The notes beneath the pieces were generated by a model that was not told the origin of the DNA, did no database searches, and saw only the letters and a list, made by a program, of their open reading frames with translations. DNA of 64,000 nucleotides. Source: a virus. A program made the position numbers and the translations under genes. Positions 27,337 through 37,527 of this stretch are shown here, one piece after another. Within the stretch, counting starts at the first letter, position 1, and each line of letters starts with the position of its first letter. The stretch spans positions 41,767-105,766 of the IMG/VR virus record IMGVR_UViG_3300025030_000053, one strand, 5' to 3'.

Positions 27337-28485
27337 TTATTCTTCTTCTAGAGCATTTATATCGTCCCAGGAATCTTCTTCAGATGGAGAAGATTCAATA
27401 ATATTACTTATTACCTGCTCAACATCATCAAATCCAAGATCCTTTGCTATTTGATAGATATGATCTCCATCTATTAACGCCCGCTTGAAGTCATCAATCT
27501 CTTTTTCTTTGACAATTGGCTCTTCTATGGGGTATCTGTAATATCTACTTGCATATTTCATTATTCCTTTTCGTTCCGCGAAGGTAAAGAATTCTAAAAA
27601 TGGGTCTCTAGTCCTTTCTACGAAGTAAATTGGGAAATCACACTCTTCGAACGGCATCCCATATCTTGTTTTGATAAGCCGACACTGGGTCATATTACCA
27701 ATTACTTTTTTATCTTTGTCAAGAATCCTGCTATCTTTTGCCTTTCTAGCCTGAAGCCTAATTCTAACATGAGAATAGAATTTCAATGCTTTTCCGCCAG
27801 GAGTTTCTTCTGTAGCACCCATGAATGATCCAAGATTTCCAGAACGAGTTTGGTTGATAAATACAACAATAGTTTTCTTGTTTTTGACACTATTTGCGAT
27901 TTTTCTCACAGCTCTTGACATCATTCTGGCGTGAAGTCCAAGCCCAACACTTTGAGAAGTATCTACATCAACTTCTTCCTTCGGAAGAAGTGCAGCAACA
28001 GAATCAATCACTACTAATCCGAAAGCCCCAGTTTCCACTATATGATCTACTATATCCAATGCTTGATTACCAGAATCAAACTCATTCATCCATCTAAATG
28101 ATTCCTTGTCCAGTGTATCTACTCCGACAGCTCTCGCCCGAGCGGGGTTCAACGTCCCTTCTATGTCCAAATAAAGTACTGGAAGTTTTGGCTCTTGATT
28201 TTGACAGGACGCGGACAGGATATATGCTAACCAAGTTTTGCCACTTTGTTCTGGCCCGTATATTTCTACAATCGTACCCCAAGGAAGTCCTCCAATCCCA
28301 AGCATAGCATCTAACTCTGGAATAGTAGTAGGAAGACAATCTATGTGTTCATCTGATTGGACAAAAGATCTAAATTTATTTTCGTCTATTTTCATACTTT
28401 TAGAAACATTTTTAATTACTGCATCAATATCTGATTTAGTTGTAGCCATTATTTCCTCCGCCAGTGGAGACCAAATGGTCTCCAC
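27337..28485 (-). CDS. recA: RecA recombinase
   Basis: LGIGGLPWGTIVEIYGPEQSGKT, VIDSVAALLP, ARMMS, FINQ, TPGGKALKFY. Confidence 0.95.
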   Translation of the reverse strand: METIWSPLAEEIMATTKSDIDAVIKNVSKSMKIDENKFRSFVQSDEHIDCLPTTIPELDAMLGIGGLPWGTIVEIYGPEQSGKTWLAYILSASCQNQEPKLPVLYLDIEGTLNPARARAVGVDTLDKESFRWMNEFDSGNQALDIVDHIVETGAFGLVVIDSVAALLPKEEVDVDTSQSVGLGLHARMMSRAVRKIANSVKNKKTIVVFINQTRSGNLGSFMGATEETPGGKALKFYSHVRIRLQARKAKDSRILDKDKKVIGNMTQCRLIKTRYGMPFEECDFPIYFVERTRDPFLEFFTFAERKGIMKYASRYYRYPIEEPIVKEKEIDDFKRALIDGDHIYQIAKDLGFDDVEQVISNIIESSPSEEDSWDDINALEEE

Positions 28486-28499
28486 TGGCTTCTAATTGA

Positions 28500-29468
28500 T
28501 CACCATTTATCGTCGTCATCAAAGATATCATCAGAATCGTCCGTATCTTTTTCATCAGATACATCTTCTTCAACAACTTCTACTACTTTTTTACCTGGTT
28601 TCTTTCCTAACGAAGCTTTGAGATTAGTTTTTTCAACAACTCTCTCAAGGTCGGCTACATCATCTTCGTCGGCGACAACCATACCTGAGCGTTGCTGTTT
28701 CTTGGCTTCTTTCTCGGCAACAGATTCTGCCGTAGCAACATCAGAGGATGCAGTATACCATGAATAATCATGAAGATATCGTTTGTAATCTCCTACTTCT
28801 GAACATTCATCAGAAGCTTCTGGATGGACTGCGACGATTGCCTCCAAGATTTCATCATCAATTCCAAAGAGATTTCTTGTGGCGGTGGCACTATAATCAA
28901 TTGTGCCTTTGCCAAATGTATTTTTTCCAGATTTGTTGAGAGCGGTAATGATAAAATCTGGTACAGCTTCATCCCAGCTCTCTGGTGTATAAATTTCCCC
29001 TTCTTCTCTTGCATTTTTGACATTCTCCATTATTGCCTCAATAACTTTACCGGTGACTTCACATATTCTTATGGTCTTCGTTCCTCTGTCATATACATTG
29101 AAAACAAATTTCACCTGGGTATTATATCCAGCTTCACACCAAGGACATGGTGTGTCCTTGTCAAATGTCATTTTACCAGTTGCTGCGTTCCTTACGAACT
29201 GTCTGTGGCAGTTTCTGGTTTTTTTATCAGAAAACTCCGAGTCAAAGAATGGAGCATTGACTCTCTGTCCTTCTTTGTCAAGCTTATTAGCCCAATGAAC
29301 AACTCTAGGTTGCGGACGTTGCAGAATTTTTACACGATATTTAGAGGTTCCACCCTTGTCCTCTGGTGCAGTAGGTCGCAAAAACAGATCTTCATAATCA
29401 ATTTTAGGACCACGGTTAGAAACAGAACTGGATACGTCTAGGACGTCATCCCAACTAATGGTACTCAT
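28500..29468 (-). CDS. Single-stranded DNA-binding protein, T4 gp32-like
   Basis: Start 29468 (RBS AAGGAG); CPWC, FVFNVYDR, DFIITA, acidic tail DDIFDDDDKW; adjacent to recA. Confidence 0.7.
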   Translation of the reverse strand: MSTISWDDVLDVSSSVSNRGPKIDYEDLFLRPTAPEDKGGTSKYRVKILQRPQPRVVHWANKLDKEGQRVNAPFFDSEFSDKKTRNCHRQFVRNAATGKMTFDKDTPCPWCEAGYNTQVKFVFNVYDRGTKTIRICEVTGKVIEAIMENVKNAREEGEIYTPESWDEAVPDFIITALNKSGKNTFGKGTIDYSATATRNLFGIDDEILEAIVAVHPEASDECSEVGDYKRYLHDYSWYTASSDVATAESVAEKEAKKQQRSGMVVADEDDVADLERVVEKTNLKASLGKKPGKKVVEVVEEDVSDEKDTDDSDDIFDDDDKW

Positions 29469-29554
29469 ATTATATTTTTCTCCTTTGTGGGCTATAGGGT
29501 ATTGCATCTTTATAAGATTTCGCCCCTTCGTGCCCGATGTAATAGTTTACTCAA

Positions 29555-30235
29555 TCATCGTCGATTTTTCGAGTAGACCTGTCGATTTATTTCAGAAATT
29601 TCTGTCCAACCAGTCGAAGGCTCGACGCCCGCGGGATCATTTTCTTCATCGTAGGCTGTGTTTCCACGGCTAAGATAATACTGGTTTGGTCTAATTTCCA
29701 TCAGTCTTAAAATTCTACTTAATTGCATAGCAGTAGAATCAAGATTGTCAATGATATCAGTAAGAGTGTCAAGGGCATCTTTTGCATCACCAACTTCTTT
29801 TTCAAACGATGCTAAAACATCTCCTGCCTTGGCATCTTTTTCAACCTTGGTGCCTTTTTGCTTGCCGGTGATGCTCCTAGACAACGAACTATAACTTCTA
29901 TTTTTAGCAGAATAGATTCTTCTCATTTTTATTTTCATTCTAATAAGTTTGTTTCTAAAAGCAATAGCTCTTGCATAAGAATATACCATATCTTGCGGAT
30001 CAATATAATTTTCTGATGGAAGTTCAATAAATAGTTCTGATGCTTCATTCAGAATTTCTTGATAATCTGGCGTTCCAATTGAATTGAAAACTTTTTCCCA
30101 CATATAGACTATTTCTTTTGGATCTAAATCTCGTTTAGGATCGTCAGATTCTTGTTTTTCGTCAAACAAATTGTCCCATCCAAATTTTTCTTCGAAATTT
30201 TCAAAAGGATCATATTGTTCAATATCTTCATTCAT
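29555..30235 (-). CDS. UvsY-like recombination mediator (helical coiled coil)
   Basis: Helical pattern GTKVEKDAKA..DIIDNLDST..LSR; position next to SSB and recA. Confidence 0.45.
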   Translation of the reverse strand: MNEDIEQYDPFENFEEKFGWDNLFDEKQESDDPKRDLDPKEIVYMWEKVFNSIGTPDYQEILNEASELFIELPSENYIDPQDMVYSYARAIAFRNKLIRMKIKMRRIYSAKNRSYSSLSRSITGKQKGTKVEKDAKAGDVLASFEKEVGDAKDALDTLTDIIDNLDSTAMQLSRILRLMEIRPNQYYLSRGNTAYDEENDPAGVEPSTGWTEISEINRQVYSKNRR

Positions 30236-30611
30236 GATGTGTATCCTCAATGTTGTCCATTTCGACTCTGCCTCCCGGCTTCTCAACCATTCCGCCTAGT
30301 TTTGATGGCCATCCTGATCTGGGAAGCCTATTCCATTGTTTGAATACTGAATGCCCAGCAGTCACTATATCCGCTGCGCAATCCAAAAAAAGATCTTTGT
30401 GGATTTCATATTCCTCTTCGTCGGTGAGGTTATTTGCCACAACTAATGATCTGCTTCCTGAAAATTTTATAGTTTCAGATTTTGATGTCTGCACAACTAT
30501 TTCAAGTCCTGTAGAAATAGTCTTTTGAACTACATCAATAGTCTCGTATATTTTTTCTGCTTCCCTGGTCTTCGTTCGAAAGACCCTGGCTCCATCTTTT
30601 TGTATTCCCAT
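30228..30611 (-). CDS. Hypothetical protein
   Basis: 127 aa, RBS AGGAG. Confidence 0.6.
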   Translation of the reverse strand: MGIQKDGARVFRTKTREAEKIYETIDVVQKTISTGLEIVVQTSKSETIKFSGSRSLVVANNLTDEEEYEIHKDLFLDCAADIVTAGHSVFKQWNRLPRSGWPSKLGGMVEKPGGRVEMDNIEDTHHE

Positions 30612-30630
30612 TTATTTCTCCTGCATCAGT

Positions 30631-33600
30631 TTACTCATTTTTGTCCTTCATTTCCACGGATTGACCCCAGTCTTTTCCGAACAATTGCATCACGTCTTCT
30701 GTCTGCGTTTCAGATATGTAATTTGTTTTTTTATCCTCTTGCCAAGCATCTCTTGCATTTTGGTACTCTCTAACTAGATCTAAAGAACTTCCAAATAATT
30801 TCAGTGCTCCCGCTTGTAGAAGTTTTTCAAATAATTTTTTATCTGGTTTTACTTTGAAACAAAAATCTTTGAAATTTTCAAATGGTTGATTATTCACAAC
30901 TTCGATGGCATTTTTGCCGACGCCTTTGATTATGTTCAACGGAAGTATGATGCTAGTTGTTTCATAATCAACATAACACTGCATCGTAGATTTATTTACA
31001 TCTGGCCTAAATATCGGTATTCCCATATATTTAGCTTCTTTGAGATATCTCGTATATCTATCTTCTTTGTCCACATCCTCATTGATTGAAGCGGAATACC
31101 ATTCTAGAGGAAAATTAGCAAGAAGATATGCGTTCCAATAGCCTATCAGAGCATAACTTGCACTATGTGCCTGGTTGAAACTATAACTTGCAAAATCTTC
31201 CATCATTTTCCAAATAGAAAATACTATTTTGTCATCATATCCATTTTTCTTTGATCCTTCAAAGAATTTCAACTTGCATTGCTCAAACAAACTTCCTAAT
31301 TTCTTTCCAATTGCCTTCCTCATCACATCTGCTTCCTGGAGCGTGAAACCCCCGAATTTTTGAGAAATTGACATCGCCTGTTCTTGAAATACAAGAATAT
31401 TGTATGTCTTTTCAAGAATAGGTTCCAGATCTGGATGGATATATTCTATATTCTGTGGATTTTGCTTGTTTTCAGCATAGGTCATTCCAAAATGCCAATT
31501 TGGATCGTCTTTGGATTTGAACCTCTCATACATTCTCTTTGAGATATATTTCATAGGACCTGGGCGATACAATGCATTTACAGCAACAAGATCGTTGAAA
31601 CTATCTACCCCTACGTCCTTCAATGCATTTTTGATCCCATCACTTGCAAACTGAAAAATAGTTTCTGTTTTTCCTTGTGCAAATATTGACAATGTTTTTG
31701 GATCATTTCTGTGAATTTTTCTAAAATCTATTTGTTTTCCAAATCTTTTTTCAATATGTTGGTTGCAAATCGCCATTTTACCAACATTTGAAAGTCCAAG
31801 AAAATCAAACTTGATATATCCAGCTTTCTCAATGTCTGTCATGTCGTATTGAGAGACAATAGATTCTCTTGAACGATGCATTGGAACTTTGTTTTCTAAT
31901 GAAGTTGGAGCTATGACTACACCTGAAGCATGTTCTGACACATTAGAGAAAGCAGATCCTTCAATTTTGATTGCATTTTGGATAATAGAAGGAGAAACTT
32001 TATACCTTTGAATCATAGATTGAAAGATGTCTAATTCCAAAGCCTCTGAAAGTGTATGATTGAAAGGAATTATTTTAGAAATTTCATTTGCATCTTCAAA
32101 GGAATACCCAGAGGCTTTCAAAGTTTCCTTCAGAGCCGCGCGGGCGCGGTATTGCCCATAAGTTCCTATGTTGATGACGTGATCTTCACCATACTTGTCT
32201 TTGATATACTGAATGACATCATCTCTCCGGTTTGGATCAAAATCTGAATCCACATCTGGCAACGATCCCATTTTGATTACCTTCAATTTATCAGTAGGTT
32301 TCGGTGCAATACCGAAATAATATAATATCCACGAATTGGAATCATTTTTACCGCATCTGATATTTGAATTCAAAGCATCATATATATATGAATCTAACTC
32401 TTGGTTCTCTAATGGCAAAATTTCTCTGATAATATTTGGAAAACATTCTCTAAATAGAGATTCATTAGTTGGAGCAGACAGTTCATCATCAATCAATTTT
32501 CTTAATTTTCCTTGATAATCTTTTCTTTCCCATAATTCAATAGGAAATTCTGGAATATTGAAATCATATTGAGAACTTCTACCAGGATTCAAAAATCTTT
32601 CAAACATCAACTTCATATCTTCATCAAGCGGGTTGATGGCTGTAATTTCCATTAAAAATAGCACTAACGATCCCACGCCGCTGCCACGACCGCAACCTCG
32701 GGATATGTTATTTTTCTCGCAAAACCTGAACACATCCCACAAAATCAAGAAATATTCTTCAACTGACATTTCAAATATTTTTGAAAGTTCATATTTAAGT
32801 CTATCTTTGTGTTCTTGATTTTTGTCAAATCCATATTTTTTCAATCCTTTTAGGCAAATATATTGCAAATATGCCTGATATTCTCCGTGATATGGCATAT
32901 ATTTTTCTTTCCAATCTTCAAATTTTTCTATTTTAGGAAGACTGAAAATCGGATATTCCCAAGGAGTTTTAGTCGGAAAACGGAATGCACATTTTTCTGC
33001 CACTTCAATTGTATTTTTGCATACTTCTGGATATTCTTCCCAAACATCATACATTTCTCTGGCACTTTTCAAATAAAACTCACCAGTAGGATATCCCTTT
33101 CCTGTATTTTCCGTGCTGTTCATTCGCATAGATTTCAATAGATCATGTGCCTTCTTGTCGGAGGGATTGAGATAATGAACATCATTGGTAGCAATCATAG
33201 GTATTTTGTGTTTTTTAGATAATTCTATGACAGCCTTAGCAATTTTAAGTTGCGCCTCAATTCCGTGGTATTGGACTTCTAAATAGAAATTGTCTTTGAA
33301 CACAGATCTCCAAAAATCGAGAAGAAAATCTACTCTTTTGAAATCATCTTTCAATATCGCTTGCGGAATCATACCAGATATGCATCCAGAAGTTGCAAGA
33401 ATCCCTTCTGAATATTTTTCTACAACAGGAAGATCCACACGAGATTCATAATAAAAACCAGTGATATATCCTATATTAGTAATATTTATAAGATTCTCAT
33501 ATCCAGTTTTGTTAATGCATAGCATTGTCGCATGATAATGTTTAGGTCTCCGCTTCTTGACAATCCCACTAATTTCACGATCCACACTTTCTTTGACCAA

Positions 33601-33843
33601 CATATCGCCATCACAGATATAGATCTCACACCCACAGATAGCCTCAAGAGTCCGTCCTTCTTCATCCGGCTCTTGTGATCTGACAGCCATTCTGGGAATA
33701 CCGCCCATCCTCCCGTGGTCTGTCAGAGCAAGATATTTGAAGCCAAGTTGTTTGGCCCGATCAACCAGATCCTCAACTTTACAAAGTCCATCATTAACAC
33801 TAAATTGACTATGGCAGTGGAGATGCGTAAACATGTTCATCAT
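30631..33843 (-). CDS. dnaE: DNA polymerase III alpha subunit
   Basis: PHP HLHCHSQFS, ALTDHG, GRGSGVGS, FERFLNP, PDVDSDF, KFDFLGL, IFQF, LYRPGP, FQEQ, FNQAHS. Confidence 0.96.
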   Translation of the reverse strand: MMNMFTHLHCHSQFSVNDGLCKVEDLVDRAKQLGFKYLALTDHGRMGGIPRMAVRSQEPDEEGRTLEAICGCEIYICDGDMLVKESVDREISGIVKKRRPKHYHATMLCINKTGYENLINITNIGYITGFYYESRVDLPVVEKYSEGILATSGCISGMIPQAILKDDFKRVDFLLDFWRSVFKDNFYLEVQYHGIEAQLKIAKAVIELSKKHKIPMIATNDVHYLNPSDKKAHDLLKSMRMNSTENTGKGYPTGEFYLKSAREMYDVWEEYPEVCKNTIEVAEKCAFRFPTKTPWEYPIFSLPKIEKFEDWKEKYMPYHGEYQAYLQYICLKGLKKYGFDKNQEHKDRLKYELSKIFEMSVEEYFLILWDVFRFCEKNNISRGCGRGSGVGSLVLFLMEITAINPLDEDMKLMFERFLNPGRSSQYDFNIPEFPIELWERKDYQGKLRKLIDDELSAPTNESLFRECFPNIIREILPLENQELDSYIYDALNSNIRCGKNDSNSWILYYFGIAPKPTDKLKVIKMGSLPDVDSDFDPNRRDDVIQYIKDKYGEDHVINIGTYGQYRARAALKETLKASGYSFEDANEISKIIPFNHTLSEALELDIFQSMIQRYKVSPSIIQNAIKIEGSAFSNVSEHASGVVIAPTSLENKVPMHRSRESIVSQYDMTDIEKAGYIKFDFLGLSNVGKMAICNQHIEKRFGKQIDFRKIHRNDPKTLSIFAQGKTETIFQFASDGIKNALKDVGVDSFNDLVAVNALYRPGPMKYISKRMYERFKSKDDPNWHFGMTYAENKQNPQNIEYIHPDLEPILEKTYNILVFQEQAMSISQKFGGFTLQEADVMRKAIGKKLGSLFEQCKLKFFEGSKKNGYDDKIVFSIWKMMEDFASYSFNQAHSASYALIGYWNAYLLANFPLEWYSASINEDVDKEDRYTRYLKEAKYMGIPIFRPDVNKSTMQCYVDYETTSIILPLNIIKGVGKNAIEVVNNQPFENFKDFCFKVKPDKKLFEKLLQAGALKLFGSSLDLVREYQNARDAWQEDKKTNYISETQTEDVMQLFGKDWGQSVEMKDKNE

Positions 33844-34996
33844 ATAATTTCCTTAATTCATTCCATTTCATTTTATATTTAACATCTATAATCAATAATT
33901 CTATATTGTTTTCTTTTGCCAGTTTTACTTTTGTTTCAAAATTTTTGCAATATTTGTTAAAATTATCAATTGTCTGATTTGGAAATCTTTTGTGATAATT
34001 TTCCCAGGAATAATGACAAGGCTCATTCAATTCAACTAATAAATTTCTTTCTTTTGAATAATAATCATATCTCAAAAGAGTATTATCATTATAATTTAAT
34101 ATATTTTCAAAAATTAATCTTGATACAGAATATTCTTTAATATATTCTTTATAATAATATTCAAACACGAAATGATGAAGTATTTTCTTAGATTTTTTAT
34201 ATTTTTTTATTAAATCTAAATTTTTATCGAATTTAATATATAATTTACTGCAATTACCACATATTTTATGATTATTAATATGATTATTTATTATTTTTAT
34301 TTGATTACATATATAACATAATTGTGAATTATTTTTAGATAAACAATAGTTGCATATCGGTTTACCATCATTATTTCTTGTTGCTACTCGTTTTAATAAT
34401 CCACATTGAAAACATATTAATTTATTATCATTAGCATAACAATTGACACATATCGGTTTTTTATCATTGGATCTGCTATTTACTATTTTCAATTTATTAC
34501 AAATAGAACACATTTCTTTATTTATTTTTGATTTACATAATCTACATATAGGTTTGTTATTTTTATCTCTACTATTTACTATTTTCAATTTATTACAAAT
34601 AGAACATATTTCTTTTCTTTTTTTAGCATTACAATAATTGCATATAGGTTTGTTATTTATTCTTATATCAACCAATTTTAAGATTCCACATTCTGAACAT
34701 ATTTCTTTATTCATTGCTCCCCTGCAATGAGAGCAAATAGCTTTTCGATTAACATCTCTCAGACAAACTGGTCTATTATTTCCACATTTACTACAAATTT
34801 CTTTGCGTTTTTCTATCCAGCACACACCACATATAGAATATCCATTTGTCATTCCAGATTTAGGAATTTTAAATTTTCCACATATCGAACATTCCTGTGG
34901 TTGATTAACAAATATTTTTTTACATTCTTTGGAACAATATATTTGATTATTCCCAGTAGCTTCAAATTCTTTTTCACATTGTTTGCATATTTTCAT
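33809..34996 (-). mobile_element. Cys-rich repeat protein with C-terminal PD-(D/E)xK/Vsr-like nuclease (probable homing endonuclease)
   Basis: About 7 CxxC-x(14-16)-CxxC repeats; LRYDYY..LLVELNEPCHY..KVKLAKENNIELLII. Confidence 0.7.
34476..34606. repeat. Intragenic tandem repeat with 96-nt period
   Basis: Identical CTATTTACTATTTTCAATTTATTACAAATAGAACA at 34476 and 34572. Confidence 0.85.
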
Positions 34997-35816
34997 TCTT
35001 CATCCACATATTTACATTCTGTCTTTCTTTTGTTGGAGTCCAGTCTTCCAAATAACTACCTATGTTAGACATTCCTTTGAAAATATATTTCGTATCAGCA
35101 GTCTCTGCTCTTCCGTATATTCTTGTCCTGCTGGAATGTAATAGGCTACTTGATCTAATCTTGCGATTCAATGCCTTGGGGGATACTCGGTCCCACAATT
35201 CAGTTTGGTAGCTATTAGGCATTTGTTTGACCAAGTATATCCCACTATCATCTTTTATGATATGATTGTCTTTTGGTAATTGTCCAGATATAGTTTGATT
35301 CAATTTTCCAATTGATTGATAATTTGACACCAAACAATAATTCTTTATTTTATTTATATTTGGACATATATTGATATATTCTATTGCTGTTCTTCTGCAA
35401 ATTCCACAACGTTCTGCTATGTTGATATATGATTGTGGATTATTTGTTTTCGAGATGACCATTGAAAACAAGAATGCTTTTTGCCGCTTCAGCGAGCACT
35501 GATAAAAATAATCTATTGGAACAAAATATCCTTTTGAAAGTCTTTCAATATTGTATTTTTTGCAAATAGTTTTTATTCCAAAAAGATATATATCTTTTTG
35601 GTTTTTATTCCAAAATGAGTTATTGCTGAGATGCCTATATATAGACGATTGACTATATTTTTTAAGAATATCTTTTATTTTTGAATATTCCAATTTCCCA
35701 TCAGCATTTGTCAGATTGTCATATGATTTCAAAATTGTCCAGATAATTAATTCATTTATTTCTTTGTTTTTGAATGCATTTTCTATAATTTCAGGAAATA
35801 TTGCTGTTCCGTTCAT
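34974..35816 (-). CDS. Putative DNA-binding protein with two HTH-like segments
   Basis: YSQSSIYRHL; SYINIAERCGICRRTAIEY. Confidence 0.5.
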   Translation of the reverse strand: MNGTAIFPEIIENAFKNKEINELIIWTILKSYDNLTNADGKLEYSKIKDILKKYSQSSIYRHLSNNSFWNKNQKDIYLFGIKTICKKYNIERLSKGYFVPIDYFYQCSLKRQKAFLFSMVISKTNNPQSYINIAERCGICRRTAIEYINICPNINKIKNYCLVSNYQSIGKLNQTISGQLPKDNHIIKDDSGIYLVKQMPNSYQTELWDRVSPKALNRKIRSSSLLHSSRTRIYGRAETADTKYIFKGMSNIGSYLEDWTPTKERQNVNMWMKNENMQTM

Positions 35817-35817
35817 T

Positions 35818-36198
35818 TTAAGCTTCTATGTCAATTGACAGATCTTCATCATAATCTATTTTTTCATCAATTATGTTCATTATTTTTTGTCTAATTAGTC
35901 CCAATTCATATGTCTTTAAAAATATTCCAGTATTAATCAAATAATATATTAATTCTTCTTCTGTCAATCCAAGCAAAGTGCAATATATAGTAGAAATATG
36001 TTCAAATCTCAACAATTGCAGACCTGAAAATTCTATATTTACATTGATTTCTTTTTTATTTTTTAAAATATTTTTGTTGTTTTTTATTTCTTCAAGTTTG
36101 TTTTCAATATTTGCGTATTCTTTTTTGAGCCCATCGGGGTCTGAAAGAATTTTCTTTTTTTGTTTTTCAACTTTTTTAATAATTTGATCTAAATTCAT
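35818..36198 (-). CDS. Hypothetical protein
   Basis: 126 aa ORF in operon. Confidence 0.6.
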   Translation of the reverse strand: MNLDQIIKKVEKQKKKILSDPDGLKKEYANIENKLEEIKNNKNILKNKKEINVNIEFSGLQLLRFEHISTIYCTLLGLTEEELIYYLINTGIFLKTYELGLIRQKIMNIIDEKIDYDEDLSIDIEA

Positions 36199-36893
36199 TT
36201 TGTCTCCATTGCCAATTTATATGAATCATACAGATGTTTGGTCAGTAGATCTCTTTTCTCCGATACGCTCATAGCCATCATTTTTTGTCCGTTGGAAAGA
36301 TCTGTTGTATCAAAAGTTCTTCCTGGTCTCAGGCAAAATGACGGATGAAATGTTGCACAATATTTTGTATCTAAATTCAAAGCTTTGATGTTCCAATCAA
36401 AAATCTTTCCATATACATTTGAAATCCTTTCATCAGATTTGAAAATATATTTCAATGGTTGACCTCCTAATCCTACAACAATCTTTGGGCGAACAATAGC
36501 TATTTGTTTTCTTGCCCATTTGATACACACATCAACGCATTTATGAACGTCATCTCCTTGTGGGAATTTGTTTCTAGGCGGGCGGCAGTTGATCACATTG
36601 GCTATATATAACATCTCTGGGTCTGCTTCAATTTCTTCCAGACACTCCCTCAACAAAGAACCAGCCTTGCCCACAAATGGTTTATTTTTAACGACTTCAT
36701 CTGCTCCTGGGGCTTCTCCAAAAATCATCATTACAGCTTGATCGCTTCCGATCCCGGGGACTGGATTGCCGTATTCTGCATTTATTTCATCGGGTATCAG
36801 ATTCCTTAATCTTTCATTTTCCTGACGAAGAGGACACATGTCGCAATTAAAAATTTCTTTTCGAATATTTTTTATTTGTTCATTTTTTTTCAT
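36195..36893 (-). CDS. Uracil-DNA glycosylase, family 4 (Fe-S)
   Basis: CDMCPL, FGEAPG..E, PFVGKAG, NVINCRPP.N, FHPS. Confidence 0.92.
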   Translation of the reverse strand: MKKNEQIKNIRKEIFNCDMCPLRQENERLRNLIPDEINAEYGNPVPGIGSDQAVMMIFGEAPGADEVVKNKPFVGKAGSLLRECLEEIEADPEMLYIANVINCRPPRNKFPQGDDVHKCVDVCIKWARKQIAIVRPKIVVGLGGQPLKYIFKSDERISNVYGKIFDWNIKALNLDTKYCATFHPSFCLRPGRTFDTTDLSNGQKMMAMSVSEKRDLLTKHLYDSYKLAMETK

Positions 36894-37527
36894 TTTTATT
36901 CCTTAAGTTTTTTAAATGTTTTGGTAATTTTTTGAATATTTTTTGTAGATTACAATATGTTTCTAACTTTAAATTTTTATCTATATATTCATATATTTTT
37001 TCTATTTCATCAAATGATTCTTGATTTTTTTTAAGAAATTCTCCGCACATAGATGAAATTGTAATATTAAATATTTCTGGACTCATTCCGCATATTTGTT
37101 CCTGTTCGTAATAATTTTCCTCAAATGAATCTATTCTATTATTTATCAATTCATCATCAGAAATATCTGAAATTTTGCATATATTAGACAACGTCTTGAT
37201 TGAATCTGACAATTTAGAATTTTTGTTCATTTTTGAAATGAAATCAATAATATTTCCTTTTTCTCCGCACGAGAAACAAAAAAATACTTTTTTGTTGATG
37301 TTGATAAACATATTTGGATTTTTTATATCATTATGAAATGGACAAAAAATCAAAAATTCTCCATTATTTTGAATAGAATATTCTATGGAATAATAATTTA
37401 ATACATCTTCAAATACAGATTTATTCAAGATGTATTTTATTTCTTCTCTTGAATATATTTTTTGATTTTTTTCTTCTAAAATTTGATTTATGTCTTCTAT
37501 TTCCTCAAAAGAGATTGTATCATTCAT
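36880..37527 (-). CDS. Stand-alone CHC2 primase zinc-binding-domain protein
   Basis: CPFHND..P....FFCFSCGEKGNIIDF. Confidence 0.88.
   Translation of the reverse strand: MNDTISFEEIEDINQILEEKNQKIYSREEIKYILNKSVFEDVLNYYSIEYSIQNNGEFLIFCPFHNDIKNPNMFININKKVFFCFSCGEKGNIIDFISKMNKNSKLSDSIKTLSNICKISDISDDELINNRIDSFEENYYEQEQICGMSPEIFNITISSMCGEFLKKNQESFDEIEKIYEYIDKNLKLETYCNLQKIFKKLPKHLKNLRNKNEKK

Noticed and set aside
32266-32577. Intein in dnaE
   Set aside because: No block B TxxH, block F or terminal HN/HQ motif
34476-34606. CRISPR-like 35-nt direct repeat
   Set aside because: In-frame 96-nt period inside a Cys-repeat CDS; only two exact copies
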